This document shows, one piece after another, positions 38,627 through 48,382 of a stretch of 64,000 nucleotides of DNA. Position 1 is the stretch's first letter. Every line of letters starts with the position of its first letter. Below the pieces are notes generated by a model, which was given only the letters and a program-made list of their open reading frames with translations, searched no databases and was not told the origin of the DNA. Source of the stretch: Abditibacterium sp. (GTDB lineage: Bacteria > Armatimonadota > Abditibacteriia > Abditibacteriales > Abditibacteriaceae); contig CBDASK010000003.1 in assembly GCA_965199495.1 (NCBI GenBank), forward strand, positions 2,656,001 to 2,720,000, written 5' to 3'. The translations under genes and the position numbers were made by a program.

Positions 38627-40000
38627 CTAAACGTGAATCGCTTTCCATTCCGCCGCCATCGCGGCTTCTTTGAGCGTTTCGGCCAGCGTCGGGTGGGCGT
38701 GGCTGGTGCGGCGCAGGTCTTCGGCACTCGCACCAAACTCAATCGCCGCGACCGCTTCGGCGATCAAATCGCCCGCGCGCGGGCCGATGATGTGAACGCC
38801 CAAAATGCGGTCGGTAGTTTTATCGGCCAGAACTTTGACTTTGCCTTCGGTGTGCCCCAAAGCGCGCGCGCGCCCGTTGGCCATCATCGGGAATGTGCCT
38901 TTTTTGTATTCGATGCCCTTCTCTTTGAGTTGCTCTTCGGTTTGCCCGACGCCCGCGATTTCCGGTTCGGTATAAACCACGCCCGGAATCGCGTCGTAGT
39001 TGACGTGCGCGTAACCCGACGTGATGCCCTCGACAACAGCCACGCCCTCTTCCTCGGCTTTGTGCGCCAGCATCGGCCCGGCGATGACATCGCCAATCGC
39101 GAAGACGCCCGGCACGTTGGTTTGATATTTCTCGTCCACAATCACGCGGCCTTTCTCATCCAACGCGACGCCCGCCGCTTCCAAATTCAAACCGTCGGTG
39201 TTGGGCAAACGGCCCGCCGCGACCAAAACCCGATCCGCCGTAATCGTTTCGGCGCCCTCAATTTCAATAACCGCTTTGCCATCCACGACTTTGGCTGAGG
39301 TAACTTTGGCGCCCAACTGAAATTCGATGCCTTGTTTCTTGAAAATCTTCAAGGCTTCGTCGGCGATTTCGCGATCTAAACCGGCCAAAATAAATGGGAA
39401 ATATTCTAAAACAGTAACTTTAGCGCCCAACCTTGCCCAAACGCTGCCTAATTCCATGCCGATGTAGCCACCGCCAATCACCACCAAATGTTCGGGAACA
39501 GTCGGATACGAAAGCGCCTCGGTCGAAGTGCCGATAACATCGTAATCGAACTCGATGCCACGAAGCGGCGACGGCTTACTTCCCGTTGCGATCACGATAT
39601 TTTTGGCTTCGATTTCTTCGTCGCCAACTTTGACGCGGTTTGGCCCGACAAACGTCGCTTCGCCTTCGTAGCGCGCGACTTTGTTTTTCTTAATCAAAAA
39701 CGCGACGCCATCGGTTAAAGTCTTGACGACTTCATCTTTGCGCGATAGCATGGTCGGCAAATCGAGTTCGACGCCCTCGACTTTGACGCCGAATTTGGCC
39801 AGCGAATTTTTGGTTTCGATATAACGTTCACTCGATTCGAGCAGAGCTTTGGAGGGAATACAACCGACGCGCAGACAGGTACCGCCGAGTCTGGGATTTT
39901 TTTCGATGACGCCGACGTTAAGGCCGAGTTGCGCGCCGCGAATGGCGCACACATAGCCGCCCGGCCCGGCGCCGAGGACGAGAAGATCGTGAGTTTTCAT
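38627..40000 (-). CDS. lpdA: Dihydrolipoamide dehydrogenase
   Basis: GAGPGGY, GGTCLRVGCIPSK redox disulfide and HAHPTLAE motifs. Confidence 0.96.
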   Translation of the reverse strand: MKTHDLLVLGAGPGGYVCAIRGAQLGLNVGVIEKNPRLGGTCLRVGCIPSKALLESSERYIETKNSLAKFGVKVEGVELDLPTMLSRKDEVVKTLTDGVAFLIKKNKVARYEGEATFVGPNRVKVGDEEIEAKNIVIATGSKPSPLRGIEFDYDVIGTSTEALSYPTVPEHLVVIGGGYIGMELGSVWARLGAKVTVLEYFPFILAGLDREIADEALKIFKKQGIEFQLGAKVTSAKVVDGKAVIEIEGAETITADRVLVAAGRLPNTDGLNLEAAGVALDEKGRVIVDEKYQTNVPGVFAIGDVIAGPMLAHKAEEEGVAVVEGITSGYAHVNYDAIPGVVYTEPEIAGVGQTEEQLKEKGIEYKKGTFPMMANGRARALGHTEGKVKVLADKTTDRILGVHIIGPRAGDLIAEAVAAIEFGASAEDLRRTSHAHPTLAETLKEAAMAAEWKAIHV

Positions 40001-40083
40001 GGAAGAGTTTCAAGACGAACGAGAACGAGATAAAGGTTTAACGGATAAACGCGCGCGCTGCTAATGGTTTCAACGGGCACTTC

Positions 40084-40166
40084 GCTTCGAGCGGGGCTTA
40101 CGCCCTCTTCCAATCGGGTTCTCTCTTCGCATAAGATTGGAAGAGGGCATAAGCCCCGCTCGAAGC
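40084..40166. repeat. Intergenic palindrome, family A, copy 2
   Basis: 32-bp arms 40084-40115 and 40135-40166 with one mismatch. Confidence 0.9.
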
Positions 40167-40205
40167 ATTGAAAAATGAGGAATGCAAGAAATCTATCAAC
40201 AAAAA

Positions 40206-40376
40206 TCAATCGTCGTCGAAGGCGTCCAGATTCAACTGGCTTTTCAGTTCGTCGGACGCGCGGCGGATTTTGCGAATGCCTTTTCCGATTTGGCGGGCCA
40301 GTTCGGGCAGTTTGTCGGGGCCGAACAGCACCAGCACCAACAAAAATATCACCAAAATTTCGGGAGTTCCGGGCAT
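40206..40376 (-). CDS. TatA/TatB-family twin-arginine translocase subunit (56 aa; absent from the ORF track)
   Basis: Translated by hand: MPGTPEILVIFLLVLVLFGPDKLPELARQIGKGIRKIRRASDELKSQLNLDAFDDD*. Confidence 0.9.
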   Translation of the reverse strand: MPGTPEILVIFLLVLVLFGPDKLPELARQIGKGIRKIRRASDELKSQLNLDAFDDD

Positions 40377-40456
40377 AATTTAGAGTTCCTTCGCGAATTT
40401 GCGAGCCAAAAGCATCGCCGTCCAATTGCGTAGATAGAAGTTTAATTCAACGCGAA

Positions 40457-41713
40457 TCATTCGACTTCCGCGCAATCCAGAAGCCGCGCTCGGACTTGCG
40501 TTCCTGCGGGCAATTGAGTTTGGTCGGCGCCGATGACAAGGAGCGCATTGGCGCGCGTCATCGTGGACAAGCGCCCACTGCCCTGATCGCCGCTCACGCG
40601 CGCGATTAACACGCCGCCTTCATGCGTTACCTGCGCTCGCACGAACTCGGTTTTGCCGGAAGGACTGTGCAAATTCTCAGCGAGCCGTGCCTCGACTTCC
40701 AACCGTTTGAGCGCGCGCGCGCCGCCGCGTTTCAAAATCGCCGGGCGGGCGAACTCTTCCCAGCCGACCATCACCGAAGCCGGATTACCGGGTAGGGCGA
40801 ATACGGGAACTTCGCGGTAAAGCGCCAGCATCACCGGTTTGCCCGGCTTCATCGCGACTTTCCAAAATATTACGCGCGCATCCGCCAATAATACATCGCG
40901 CACCGGATCGAAGTCGCCTGCCGAAACGCCGCCCGAAGTCAAAATCAAATCGCATTGCCCGACTAATTCGTCTAAAACCGCGCGTAATTCATCGGGCTGG
41001 TCGCCGACATGGCGCTCCGCCACGATTTCGGCGCCCGCGCCCAGACACAACCCGCGCAAAGCCGGGCCGTTGGAATCGCGAATTTGCCCGGCTTGTAATT
41101 CGGCTTCAACGCCGACTAACTCTTCGCCCGTGGTAATAATGCCAACGCGCGGGCGCACATAAACTTCGACTCGGCTTTGTCCCAGCGCCGCCAACATCGC
41201 CAATTCGGCGGGCCGCACGCGCGTGCCCGCCGCCAAAACCGTCTCACCGCGCGCGACATCGCTCCCGGCGCGCCGCACGTTCTGCCCCGCCGTGGCTGCT
41301 CCGAAGAACTCAACTTTGTCCCCAACTTCGCGCGTCTCTTCGCGCATAACTACGGCTTCGGCTCCACGGGGAAGTGGTGCGCCCGTCATGATTTTGGCGC
41401 ATTGTCCCGGCACAAATTCGCTTCGCGCAACATCGCCCGCGCCGATAATTTCGCCCAACCGCAGCGTTATTGGCGCACTTTCCGTCGTGCCCTGCACATC
41501 AGCCACGCGCACGGCATAACCGTCCATTGCCGAATTATCGAACGGCGGCAAAGCGATCTCGGAAACAAGGTCGCGACTTAAAATCCGCCCCAGAACCTCG
41601 CGATGTTCAACCCATTGCGCGGGGCCGACGCTTATATTCTCTAATGCCAATGCGCGGGCGGCATCGGGCATTATCATCGTGGGAAAGGTTGAGTTCATGC
41701 TAAGAAGAAACAA
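40457..41713 (-). CDS. moeA: Molybdopterin molybdotransferase; true start probably a few codons downstream
   Basis: PPFDNSAMDGYA, IMTGAPLP, TSGGVSAGDFD, MKPGKP and LPGNP motifs. Confidence 0.94.
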   Translation of the reverse strand: MFLLSMNSTFPTMIMPDAARALALENISVGPAQWVEHREVLGRILSRDLVSEIALPPFDNSAMDGYAVRVADVQGTTESAPITLRLGEIIGAGDVARSEFVPGQCAKIMTGAPLPRGAEAVVMREETREVGDKVEFFGAATAGQNVRRAGSDVARGETVLAAGTRVRPAELAMLAALGQSRVEVYVRPRVGIITTGEELVGVEAELQAGQIRDSNGPALRGLCLGAGAEIVAERHVGDQPDELRAVLDELVGQCDLILTSGGVSAGDFDPVRDVLLADARVIFWKVAMKPGKPVMLALYREVPVFALPGNPASVMVGWEEFARPAILKRGGARALKRLEVEARLAENLHSPSGKTEFVRAQVTHEGGVLIARVSGDQGSGRLSTMTRANALLVIGADQTQLPAGTQVRARLLDCAEVE

Positions 41714-41780
41714 TTATATACGCGCGTGCTGACAAGTCTATTGAATTTCGTTACGCCGATGTCTCTTATAGCCCTTCCTA

Positions 41781-41835
41781 CTTCCAATCGGCAGAGTTCC
41801 TCCAAAGCACGCCGATTGGAAGAGGGCGTCAGCCC
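41781..41835. repeat. Family A palindrome, partial copy 3 (left arm eroded)
   Basis: CTTCCAATCGGC...GCCGATTGGAAGAGGGCGTCAGCCC. Confidence 0.8.
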
Positions 41836-41892
41836 TGCCGGTGTTGTAGCCTCTTCAATAGGAAGCACTATATCATCTCAATTATCTAACAA

Positions 41893-41929
41893 CAAAAAGA
41901 GCGCAAGCAAATTGCTTGCGCTCTTTTTG
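41893..41929 (-). terminator. Rho-independent terminator after the secretin gene
   Basis: CAAAAAGAGCGCAAGCAA-A-TTGCTTGCGCTCTTTTTG. Confidence 0.88.
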
Positions 41930-41946
41930 GATCGTTCCGACATAGC

Positions 41947-43878
41947 TCAAGTTCCGGGCACATTGATATTATCGTCAGCGCGGCGGATGATACGCGCGGT
42001 GAGGAAGATGATCAATTCTGATTCGTTTTCCGCCACTGTCTTGGAGCGGAACAAACCGCCGATGATGGGAATATCGCCGAGTAGAGGCACCTTTCTATCT
42101 TGACGCGAATTGCTTATGGTTTTGAGACCACCTAAAGCAATCGTATCTCCGTCACGCACATTAGCGACGGTTTCGAGTTGTCTTTGGGTGATCGTTCCAA
42201 TCCCATTATTGCCTCCACTTGGGTCAGGAGATTGGCTCGAAACCTGCGGCTGCATCAAAACGGTGATGGTATCGTCGCCGTTGATTGTTGGTGTTACGTT
42301 CAGCCCCGTGGTGGTGCTGATAAACAACAGGTTTTGTCCCTGTGCTTGCTGACCACCAATGTTTTGCGAAACCGAGGTCAAAATTACCGGGCGTCTTTCG
42401 GTCGATTGCAAGGAAGCCGTTAAGTTGTTGATCGCTGTTACGCGAGGAGCATTGATAAGCTTAGCACGGTTACTCGCCATTAATGCGGTGAGTTGAGCTT
42501 GAAAGTTACCGCGCACAAAGCCAACAGATATAGAACCGGGAGCTGAACCTGGAGAAAATCCATTGGTTGAAGCATCGAAATCTCCCCGTGAGGTAGAAAA
42601 GTCAATACCAAAGCTGTGCGCGTCTTGAGACTGAAGCTCGACGAACTGTGCTTCGATTTCGACTTGGCGCAGTGGCTGGTCGAGAACCGCGATCAATTCT
42701 CCCAGGCGACGAATATCTTCATCCGTTCCACCGGCGACTAACAACACGTTTTGTGGATCAACAGAAACGATCTGTTGAATATCGCCGGGCAAATCGAACG
42801 AGCCGCCAGCGCTATTGCCACCGCCGCCACCATTTCGATTGCCGCCGCGATTGCCGCCGCGATTGTTGTTGCCATTACCGCCGCCGCCGCCAAAGTTGCC
42901 CCCCCCGCCCCCGCCAAATTGCGAGTTCGCCCGCACTTCAGGCGAAATTAGGCCGGAAGATGAGTTCCGCAAATAGGGATTGGTATATGGCGCTGCTGGC
43001 AAATTGTTTTGGTTGAAATTATCGAAACCGAGACCGCTGTTGAGGCCATTGTTATCGAGCGCGGCGACTGCCAGAGGTTGATCACCATACCTTCGCTTGT
43101 TGCTTTCCGACAATTGTAACTGCGACGGCATCGAGTTATGCGCTGGATCGAGTTGGTAAGCAACCAAAGCCGAAGGCACGTTCTTAATTTTTATAGAACG
43201 CAGGGGGTTTCTATCGCTGTTGCCATTGACCTGAGCCAAAACAGGCAAGTCGCTATACATGGGATTACCCATCTGCTGTTGCCCAATGGGTGGCAACGCA
43301 TTGAAGTTGTTCCCGCCAAGATTCCCCGCATTAAACGGGGAATTTCCCAATCCGTTTTGCGCACCGAAACCGTTTTGCGCACCAAAGTTATTCGGTTGCG
43401 AAATCGGCGTCTGCGAAAAGCCACCACCAAAACTGTTGGGCGCCGCGCTTTGCTCCATCATGCCGGGCTGCTTTTTGGTCACAATGTAGGTGCCATTGTC
43501 TTTGGCAATCGCCAGATTGCCAGCAACTTTGATAACGGTTTGCAACGCTTCTTCAGGCGTTTTATTGACCAGATTAATCGAACTAATAACGCCATCTACA
43601 TCGGCGTTGACGGCTAAATTGAGGTTGAACTGTTCGGCCAGAGTGCTGAGCAATTGTTTGACGGGAATATCGCGAAATTGCAGATCTAAACCCGGTGTGC
43701 TAATTGCCGCTTTGGGCGCAGCCACGCTCTGTGGCACGGGGGCGCCGGGAATCGTTGGCAGAGACACTGCGGGGTCAACAACTGGGGCAATCGGCGCTTC
43801 TTGCGCATGAGCCGCCGTGACCATCAAACATCCTGCCAGAAGCGCACCGTGTGTTGGGTGCCAAAGTTTTTTCGACAT
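41947..43878 (-). CDS. pilQ: Secretin (PilQ/GspD family)
   Basis: Signal peptide; N0-like domain; LDQPLRQVEIEAQFVE, VRDGDTIALGGL, KVPLLGDIPIIGGLFRS and ELIIFLTARI motifs. Confidence 0.9.
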   Translation of the reverse strand: MSKKLWHPTHGALLAGCLMVTAAHAQEAPIAPVVDPAVSLPTIPGAPVPQSVAAPKAAISTPGLDLQFRDIPVKQLLSTLAEQFNLNLAVNADVDGVISSINLVNKTPEEALQTVIKVAGNLAIAKDNGTYIVTKKQPGMMEQSAAPNSFGGGFSQTPISQPNNFGAQNGFGAQNGLGNSPFNAGNLGGNNFNALPPIGQQQMGNPMYSDLPVLAQVNGNSDRNPLRSIKIKNVPSALVAYQLDPAHNSMPSQLQLSESNKRRYGDQPLAVAALDNNGLNSGLGFDNFNQNNLPAAPYTNPYLRNSSSGLISPEVRANSQFGGGGGGNFGGGGGNGNNNRGGNRGGNRNGGGGGNSAGGSFDLPGDIQQIVSVDPQNVLLVAGGTDEDIRRLGELIAVLDQPLRQVEIEAQFVELQSQDAHSFGIDFSTSRGDFDASTNGFSPGSAPGSISVGFVRGNFQAQLTALMASNRAKLINAPRVTAINNLTASLQSTERRPVILTSVSQNIGGQQAQGQNLLFISTTTGLNVTPTINGDDTITVLMQPQVSSQSPDPSGGNNGIGTITQRQLETVANVRDGDTIALGGLKTISNSRQDRKVPLLGDIPIIGGLFRSKTVAENESELIIFLTARIIRRADDNINVPGT

Positions 43879-44032
43879 AATTAAGAGTGTTTCGCCTTTC
43901 AAAAGGCGCCGAAGTCCAAATCTTTCTGGTCTATCGGAAGCGTGCTAATCAGCTCCGATGTGTTTCGCGAAACGTTCGTTCAATAGAAACGATGCCTCGT
44001 TAGCGATAATGTGGGTTAAGGAACCGAGGCGA

Positions 44033-45025
44033 TTAGAATCCGCCGCCACCGAATCCGCCGCCGCCGCCACCGAATCCGCCACCGCCAAAGCCGCCACCGC
44101 CACCAAAGCTACCGCCGCCACCGAAGCTGCCACCGCCACCGAAGCTGCCGCCACCGCCACCGAAGCTGTTGTTGCTGCCGCCACCAAATCCGCCGCCGCC
44201 GCCGCCGTTGTTATTACTGTTGTTGCTTGTCTGGCCCGGCGTCACGAAAATGTCGGTGGTAATTGTCGAGCTGTTGGCAAACAGCGCCGCTATACCGCCC
44301 GAATAAACGTGCTTGATATTAATGATCGTATATTTGAGCGGCTCCGCAGGGGTGCCATTGTTGGCCCGCCCCCCGTTACGCCCACCCGCGCGCGGGTTGG
44401 TTTGCGAATTCGCCAAGGTTTGCACATCCGGCAACATCTGGCGGTTACTAAAATTGCGCGTGTTGCCTTGGGGGGCGCCACCAAAACCAAAGGGATTCGC
44501 GGGAGCCGAAGTCACGCCGCGTCCCGGAAATCCGCCTTGACCGGGGAAGCCGCCTTGGTTGGAGAAACCACTCTGACCCGGAAATCCGCCCTGACCGGGA
44601 AAGCCACCGGAGCCGGAAAATCCGTCCTGACCGGGGAAGCCACTGCTGCCATCGGGATTGAAGCCGAAGGGAATGCGGGGTTCAACGACATAAAGTCCAT
44701 CGCTATTGCGAGAGAATTTATAGTTGTAAGTCAGGCACAGCGAGCGCACCAAATCGTCCCATGCGATGTTAGAGCGTACGACATCGGGCACGTAAATTTG
44801 CGAAGCCGAAGCATCAATGGAACGGCTTTTGATGCCCGCCGAGTCGAAAACTAAGTCCAGCGCGTCTTTGAGGCTGGCATCTTTGATGTCCACGACCGCC
44901 AGACGCCCGCCCGCCGCCGGAGTCACGTTGTTTTGGGCCTGAGCCGCCAGAGGAGCCAGTAGCATTCCGCCCAACAAAGCTCCCGTCAGTAATGTGGTTT
45001 GGATGTTCGTTTTCATGGTGTTCAT
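44033..45025 (-). CDS. Exported secretin-N0/STN-like domain protein with GGF repeats and no barrel domain
   Basis: Signal peptide (AAQA-Q); VDIKDASLKDALDLVF...NIAWDDLVRSL...DGLYVV; GGFPGQ repeats; poly-GGGF tail. Confidence 0.7.
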   Translation of the reverse strand: MNTMKTNIQTTLLTGALLGGMLLAPLAAQAQNNVTPAAGGRLAVVDIKDASLKDALDLVFDSAGIKSRSIDASASQIYVPDVVRSNIAWDDLVRSLCLTYNYKFSRNSDGLYVVEPRIPFGFNPDGSSGFPGQDGFSGSGGFPGQGGFPGQSGFSNQGGFPGQGGFPGRGVTSAPANPFGFGGAPQGNTRNFSNRQMLPDVQTLANSQTNPRAGGRNGGRANNGTPAEPLKYTIINIKHVYSGGIAALFANSSTITTDIFVTPGQTSNNSNNNGGGGGGFGGGSNNSFGGGGGSFGGGGSFGGGGSFGGGGGFGGGGFGGGGGGFGGGGF

Positions 45026-45167
45026 TCTTTTATCTCCTATAAATTTCTACTGGCCATCGAAACGCCTTTAAACAAGGGCGCGTAGGAGACGCCCATATTA
45101 TAGCAGTTTTCGCGATTGCCCGCCAATATCTTCTTTCCTTGACGCTTCAAACCCCGCGACGTTTGCT

Positions 45168-46214
45168 TTATCCGCGCGGAAAACCTCCGAATCCTCCGGG
45201 AGACCCGCCAAATCCACCGGGGCCACCAAATGCTCCGGGAGACCCGCCAAATCCACCGGGGCCACCGAATCCACCCGGCCCCTCGGCTCCAAATTCGCCG
45301 CCAGCGGCGGTGCGCGGTGGCCCCGGTTTGAGGTCAACGGTGCGTTCGCCGCCATTCTCGCGAATCAGCATCCGCGTGACCTGCGTGCCGCTTTCGTTAT
45401 AGCGCCGAATATTGAGGATCGTAATGCCTTCGACCACATCTCCGGGCTGCACCACATAAGTCTTGGGAACATCCCCTCCGCTAATTTCCAAAATGGCGCG
45501 CACTCCATTTCCGATGACGACGCCTGACAAACGTTTGTCGAACGAGGGTGAGGCCGTGCCGGAACCAGCGCCGCTCGAAGAGCGAGGCGGCGGAAACGCG
45601 TTGGTGGGCGCGAGTTTGGTGGAATTCAAACGCGGAATGACAACTGCTGGCAGCACCAATGGCCCTTCGCCCGCACCGGAACCGTTAATGCCGGGCACCG
45701 CGAAACCGGGAGCTGGAGCGCCGCCGCCGAAACCGCCGCCAGGACGCGGAATATCTACCGGTTCGATTTGCGGAATTACGACGGGTTGCGGGATGGGCGT
45801 CGGTGTTGGCACGGGCGGCGCTGGCGGCGGCGGCGGTGTGGGCGTGGGAATAATAAAGAACGGCTGAAAGGGATCGCGCCGGTAGGGCGAGAGTGGCAAC
45901 AGCGTGGACGGATTGCCAACCGTGCTGATCTGCGTGGCTGTCGCGGGTGGAATGCCGCCGTTAGCCAGCGTCGAGCCGGGCGCCCCCGCTTCGGCTCCCG
46001 AATCCAGAGGAACACCTGCTGCGTTCGCGGCGACGGAATTAGTCGCCGCAGTTTGAGTGCCTCCGCTCATCGAACGCATGACGAAAAAGCCGCCGATGCC
46101 CAACGCCGCAATGCCAGCCACGCCCAAAGCGATGAATAACTTCTTTTTGTCGGTTGAGGTCGAATCGCTCGCCGCAGGAGTCGGTGACGGCGGAGCGCCG
46201 GAAGAATTAGCCAT
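45168..46214 (-). CDS. PilP-like membrane-anchored protein
   Basis: Position after pilO; RRDPFQP motif; beta domain RLSGVVIGNGVRAILE..YVVQPGDVVEG. Confidence 0.7.
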   Translation of the reverse strand: MANSSGAPPSPTPAASDSTSTDKKKLFIALGVAGIAALGIGGFFVMRSMSGGTQTAATNSVAANAAGVPLDSGAEAGAPGSTLANGGIPPATATQISTVGNPSTLLPLSPYRRDPFQPFFIIPTPTPPPPPAPPVPTPTPIPQPVVIPQIEPVDIPRPGGGFGGGAPAPGFAVPGINGSGAGEGPLVLPAVVIPRLNSTKLAPTNAFPPPRSSSGAGSGTASPSFDKRLSGVVIGNGVRAILEISGGDVPKTYVVQPGDVVEGITILNIRRYNESGTQVTRMLIRENGGERTVDLKPGPPRTAAGGEFGAEGPGGFGGPGGFGGSPGAFGGPGGFGGSPGGFGGFPRG

Positions 46215-46228
46215 GATAGAAATTTAAG

Positions 46229-46257
46229 AAAAGGGGAGGGCATCCATAACCCTCCCC
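46229..46257 (-). terminator. Terminator-like hairpin between the pilO-like and pilP-like genes
   Basis: Minus strand GGGGAGGG-TTATGGATG-CCCTCCCC-TTTT. Confidence 0.5.
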
Positions 46258-46380
46258 ATAGAAATTGACGGCAACGCTGGGTTAGAACTTCCACGCGTTC
46301 CAAAGTTACAAATTGTTTTTTCTGGCTTCAAACGGCTCACTGACCGTTGCTGAAACCTCATCCTTGCTTGAAACCGCGAT

Positions 46381-47214
46381 TTAAATCGCGGGCGCTGGTG
46401 CCGAACTTGGTGGAGCGCCAGTCGCGCTCGGAGTTCCGCCTGAATCTCCCAAGGCGTTGGGAGCGCCTGCTGCTCCGCCAGCAACTACTGCTGCCGCGGC
46501 TCCCGGACGGGCCGCGTCAATGCCGGGAATCGGGGCGGCTTGAGCGGAAGGCCCAGAAACCAACAAATAAGGCGTGATAGTGAAAGTCGCTTCGATGTTG
46601 GGCGTCGTGCCCGCCATTTTCACGTTGCCAATCACCATCAAAATCTCGGAACGGTTGATGATCTGAAAGAAATTGAGAATGCTTTCAAAAGTTCCCGTCA
46701 CCGAAACTGTCAGTGGCGCGGCTTGTGGCTTGAGCAAACCGCTGGGAGGAGAATAGACATCTTCGGGGTTTTGCGGCGGCGCATCCACTTTGATGTTGGT
46801 CTTAATCTGTACGCCACTTTCGTCGGCGGCACGAATCAATTGACTGCGCGCTGCCAAACCAAATCCCGACGCGTATTCATTCAGGTAACGCACGAAAGTG
46901 GCGTTGCGCGGCCCCTGTCCCGAAACCGGCGTCTCGGTTAAATCGAACGGCAAGCTGCGGTAACGCGTGCGGAAATATTGGAGTCCGCCTTGCGCCAAGT
47001 CCAGCCGTTGCTGAGCCAAAAGCGCCGCTTTAAGCGTTGGAGCCAACTTGTCCGCGCTGGCTTTTTCCGTAGTGTAATTGGTATTAGTCGTCGTCAGTTG
47101 GCTGACGACTTGGTCGTAGAAGCGGAACTTCCACACGAGCACCATCGCCACAATCAGCACAAAGGCGCCGACGAGTGTGCCGATCCATGCGTGGCGTAAT
47201 TTTTTTTCGTTCAT
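46381..47214 (-). CDS. PilO-like protein
   Basis: N-terminal TM, coiled coil, LTVSVTGTFESILNFFQII motif. Confidence 0.75.
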   Translation of the reverse strand: MNEKKLRHAWIGTLVGAFVLIVAMVLVWKFRFYDQVVSQLTTTNTNYTTEKASADKLAPTLKAALLAQQRLDLAQGGLQYFRTRYRSLPFDLTETPVSGQGPRNATFVRYLNEYASGFGLAARSQLIRAADESGVQIKTNIKVDAPPQNPEDVYSPPSGLLKPQAAPLTVSVTGTFESILNFFQIINRSEILMVIGNVKMAGTTPNIEATFTITPYLLVSGPSAQAAPIPGIDAARPGAAAAVVAGGAAGAPNALGDSGGTPSATGAPPSSAPAPAI

Positions 47215-47281
47215 TAGATATTAAGTCAAATTTCTCGCGATTAAGACCCCGTGTTACCGGGAAATTCGCTAATTAGCCACC

Positions 47282-48142
47282 TTAGCCAGGCGTTGGAGCG
47301 GGTTGAGGTACGGTACGATCATTTGGCACGATGGGTGGCGGCGGCGCTCCCGGCCCACCAGACACACCCGGCGATCCCGATGAACTTGGCCCACCCGGCC
47401 CGCCCGGCGATCCCGATGCACCCGGCCCACCAAATCCACCCGGCGCTCCTGTTGCGCCTGCGGCTCCGGCGGCTCCATTGGCAAGAGCGGGGTCGGGAAT
47501 AACTGGAATCGGGTATTTGAGCGGCCCCTGCGCTGTGACTTTGAGCGGATAAACCAAAATAACGGGTTGGTCGGTGGGAATCGCTGGTGGCACGAACGCG
47601 GCGGCGCCGTTGTTAAATCCGCCAACGCCCGAAGCCTTGGGCGCCAGAGCGAATAACGGCCCGGCGTCGGTTGTCGTCGTTCCTGCGGGTGGCGGCCCGG
47701 CGCGGCGCAGATTGAAGAGGAATTGCGCGTATTGATTGGGATTTTTGACCGAAGCCTGAACCACCGCGTTTTGACCATCGCTCAAATCAATGGACTGCAC
47801 GACGGTATCAATGTAAATATATTGGCGCACCTGATTGAGTAGCGCCGCGCGTTGCGGCCCCGACTTGCCCGCCGTCAGCATGAAGGTGATGGTGTCTCTA
47901 AACGGCTGTGCGGCAGTGACTGCCGCAGTTTCTGTGTCCGCCGCCGCCTTGGTTTGATTCGAGACCACGGTTACCGCAGCCAGATTTTGCTTGGCCGTCC
48001 CCAACTCTTTCTTTTTGGAGTCGAGTGCCATCGCCAGACCGGTGCCCACCAAGGCGACAGTCAGCACGCTGGCCGCAATGGCAAGCTCAAGGTTACGCCG
48101 TTGTTTGACGTGGCCGGGCAGAAGATCGATTTTAATCGCCAT
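47282..48142 (-). CDS. PilN-like protein
   Basis: IKIDLLP (PilM-binding INLLP-like motif), TM and coiled coil; follows pilM. Confidence 0.78.
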   Translation of the reverse strand: MAIKIDLLPGHVKQRRNLELAIAASVLTVALVGTGLAMALDSKKKELGTAKQNLAAVTVVSNQTKAAADTETAAVTAAQPFRDTITFMLTAGKSGPQRAALLNQVRQYIYIDTVVQSIDLSDGQNAVVQASVKNPNQYAQFLFNLRRAGPPPAGTTTTDAGPLFALAPKASGVGGFNNGAAAFVPPAIPTDQPVILVYPLKVTAQGPLKYPIPVIPDPALANGAAGAAGATGAPGGFGGPGASGSPGGPGGPSSSGSPGVSGGPGAPPPPIVPNDRTVPQPAPTPG

Positions 48143-48382
48143 GAGAAAAATTAAGCCAAATGTTTGTGCCGGGAAACCGAAAGTGCCGAAACTCCGACCG
48201 AAAATTTGATGTTCTCCAAAGAGCCGTTCTCAAATTTTATCATCGTTCCCTTTTTCGTTGCTGCTCCCGAACCGCCATCACTAAATCACCAATTTTGCCC
48301 CCGATTCGAGGGCTTTGCACCTTATTCATCCCGATCCAGATCGCGTTTTTGCGCGCCCGAACTTTTGAGCGGGTCATTCTAT

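Noticed and set aside
43958..44854. 298-aa plus-strand ORF with AATE/AATK repeats resembling an antifreeze or Ala-rich protein
   Set aside because: It is the antisense shadow of the GGF-repeat gene, which has a signal peptide and fits the operon orientation.
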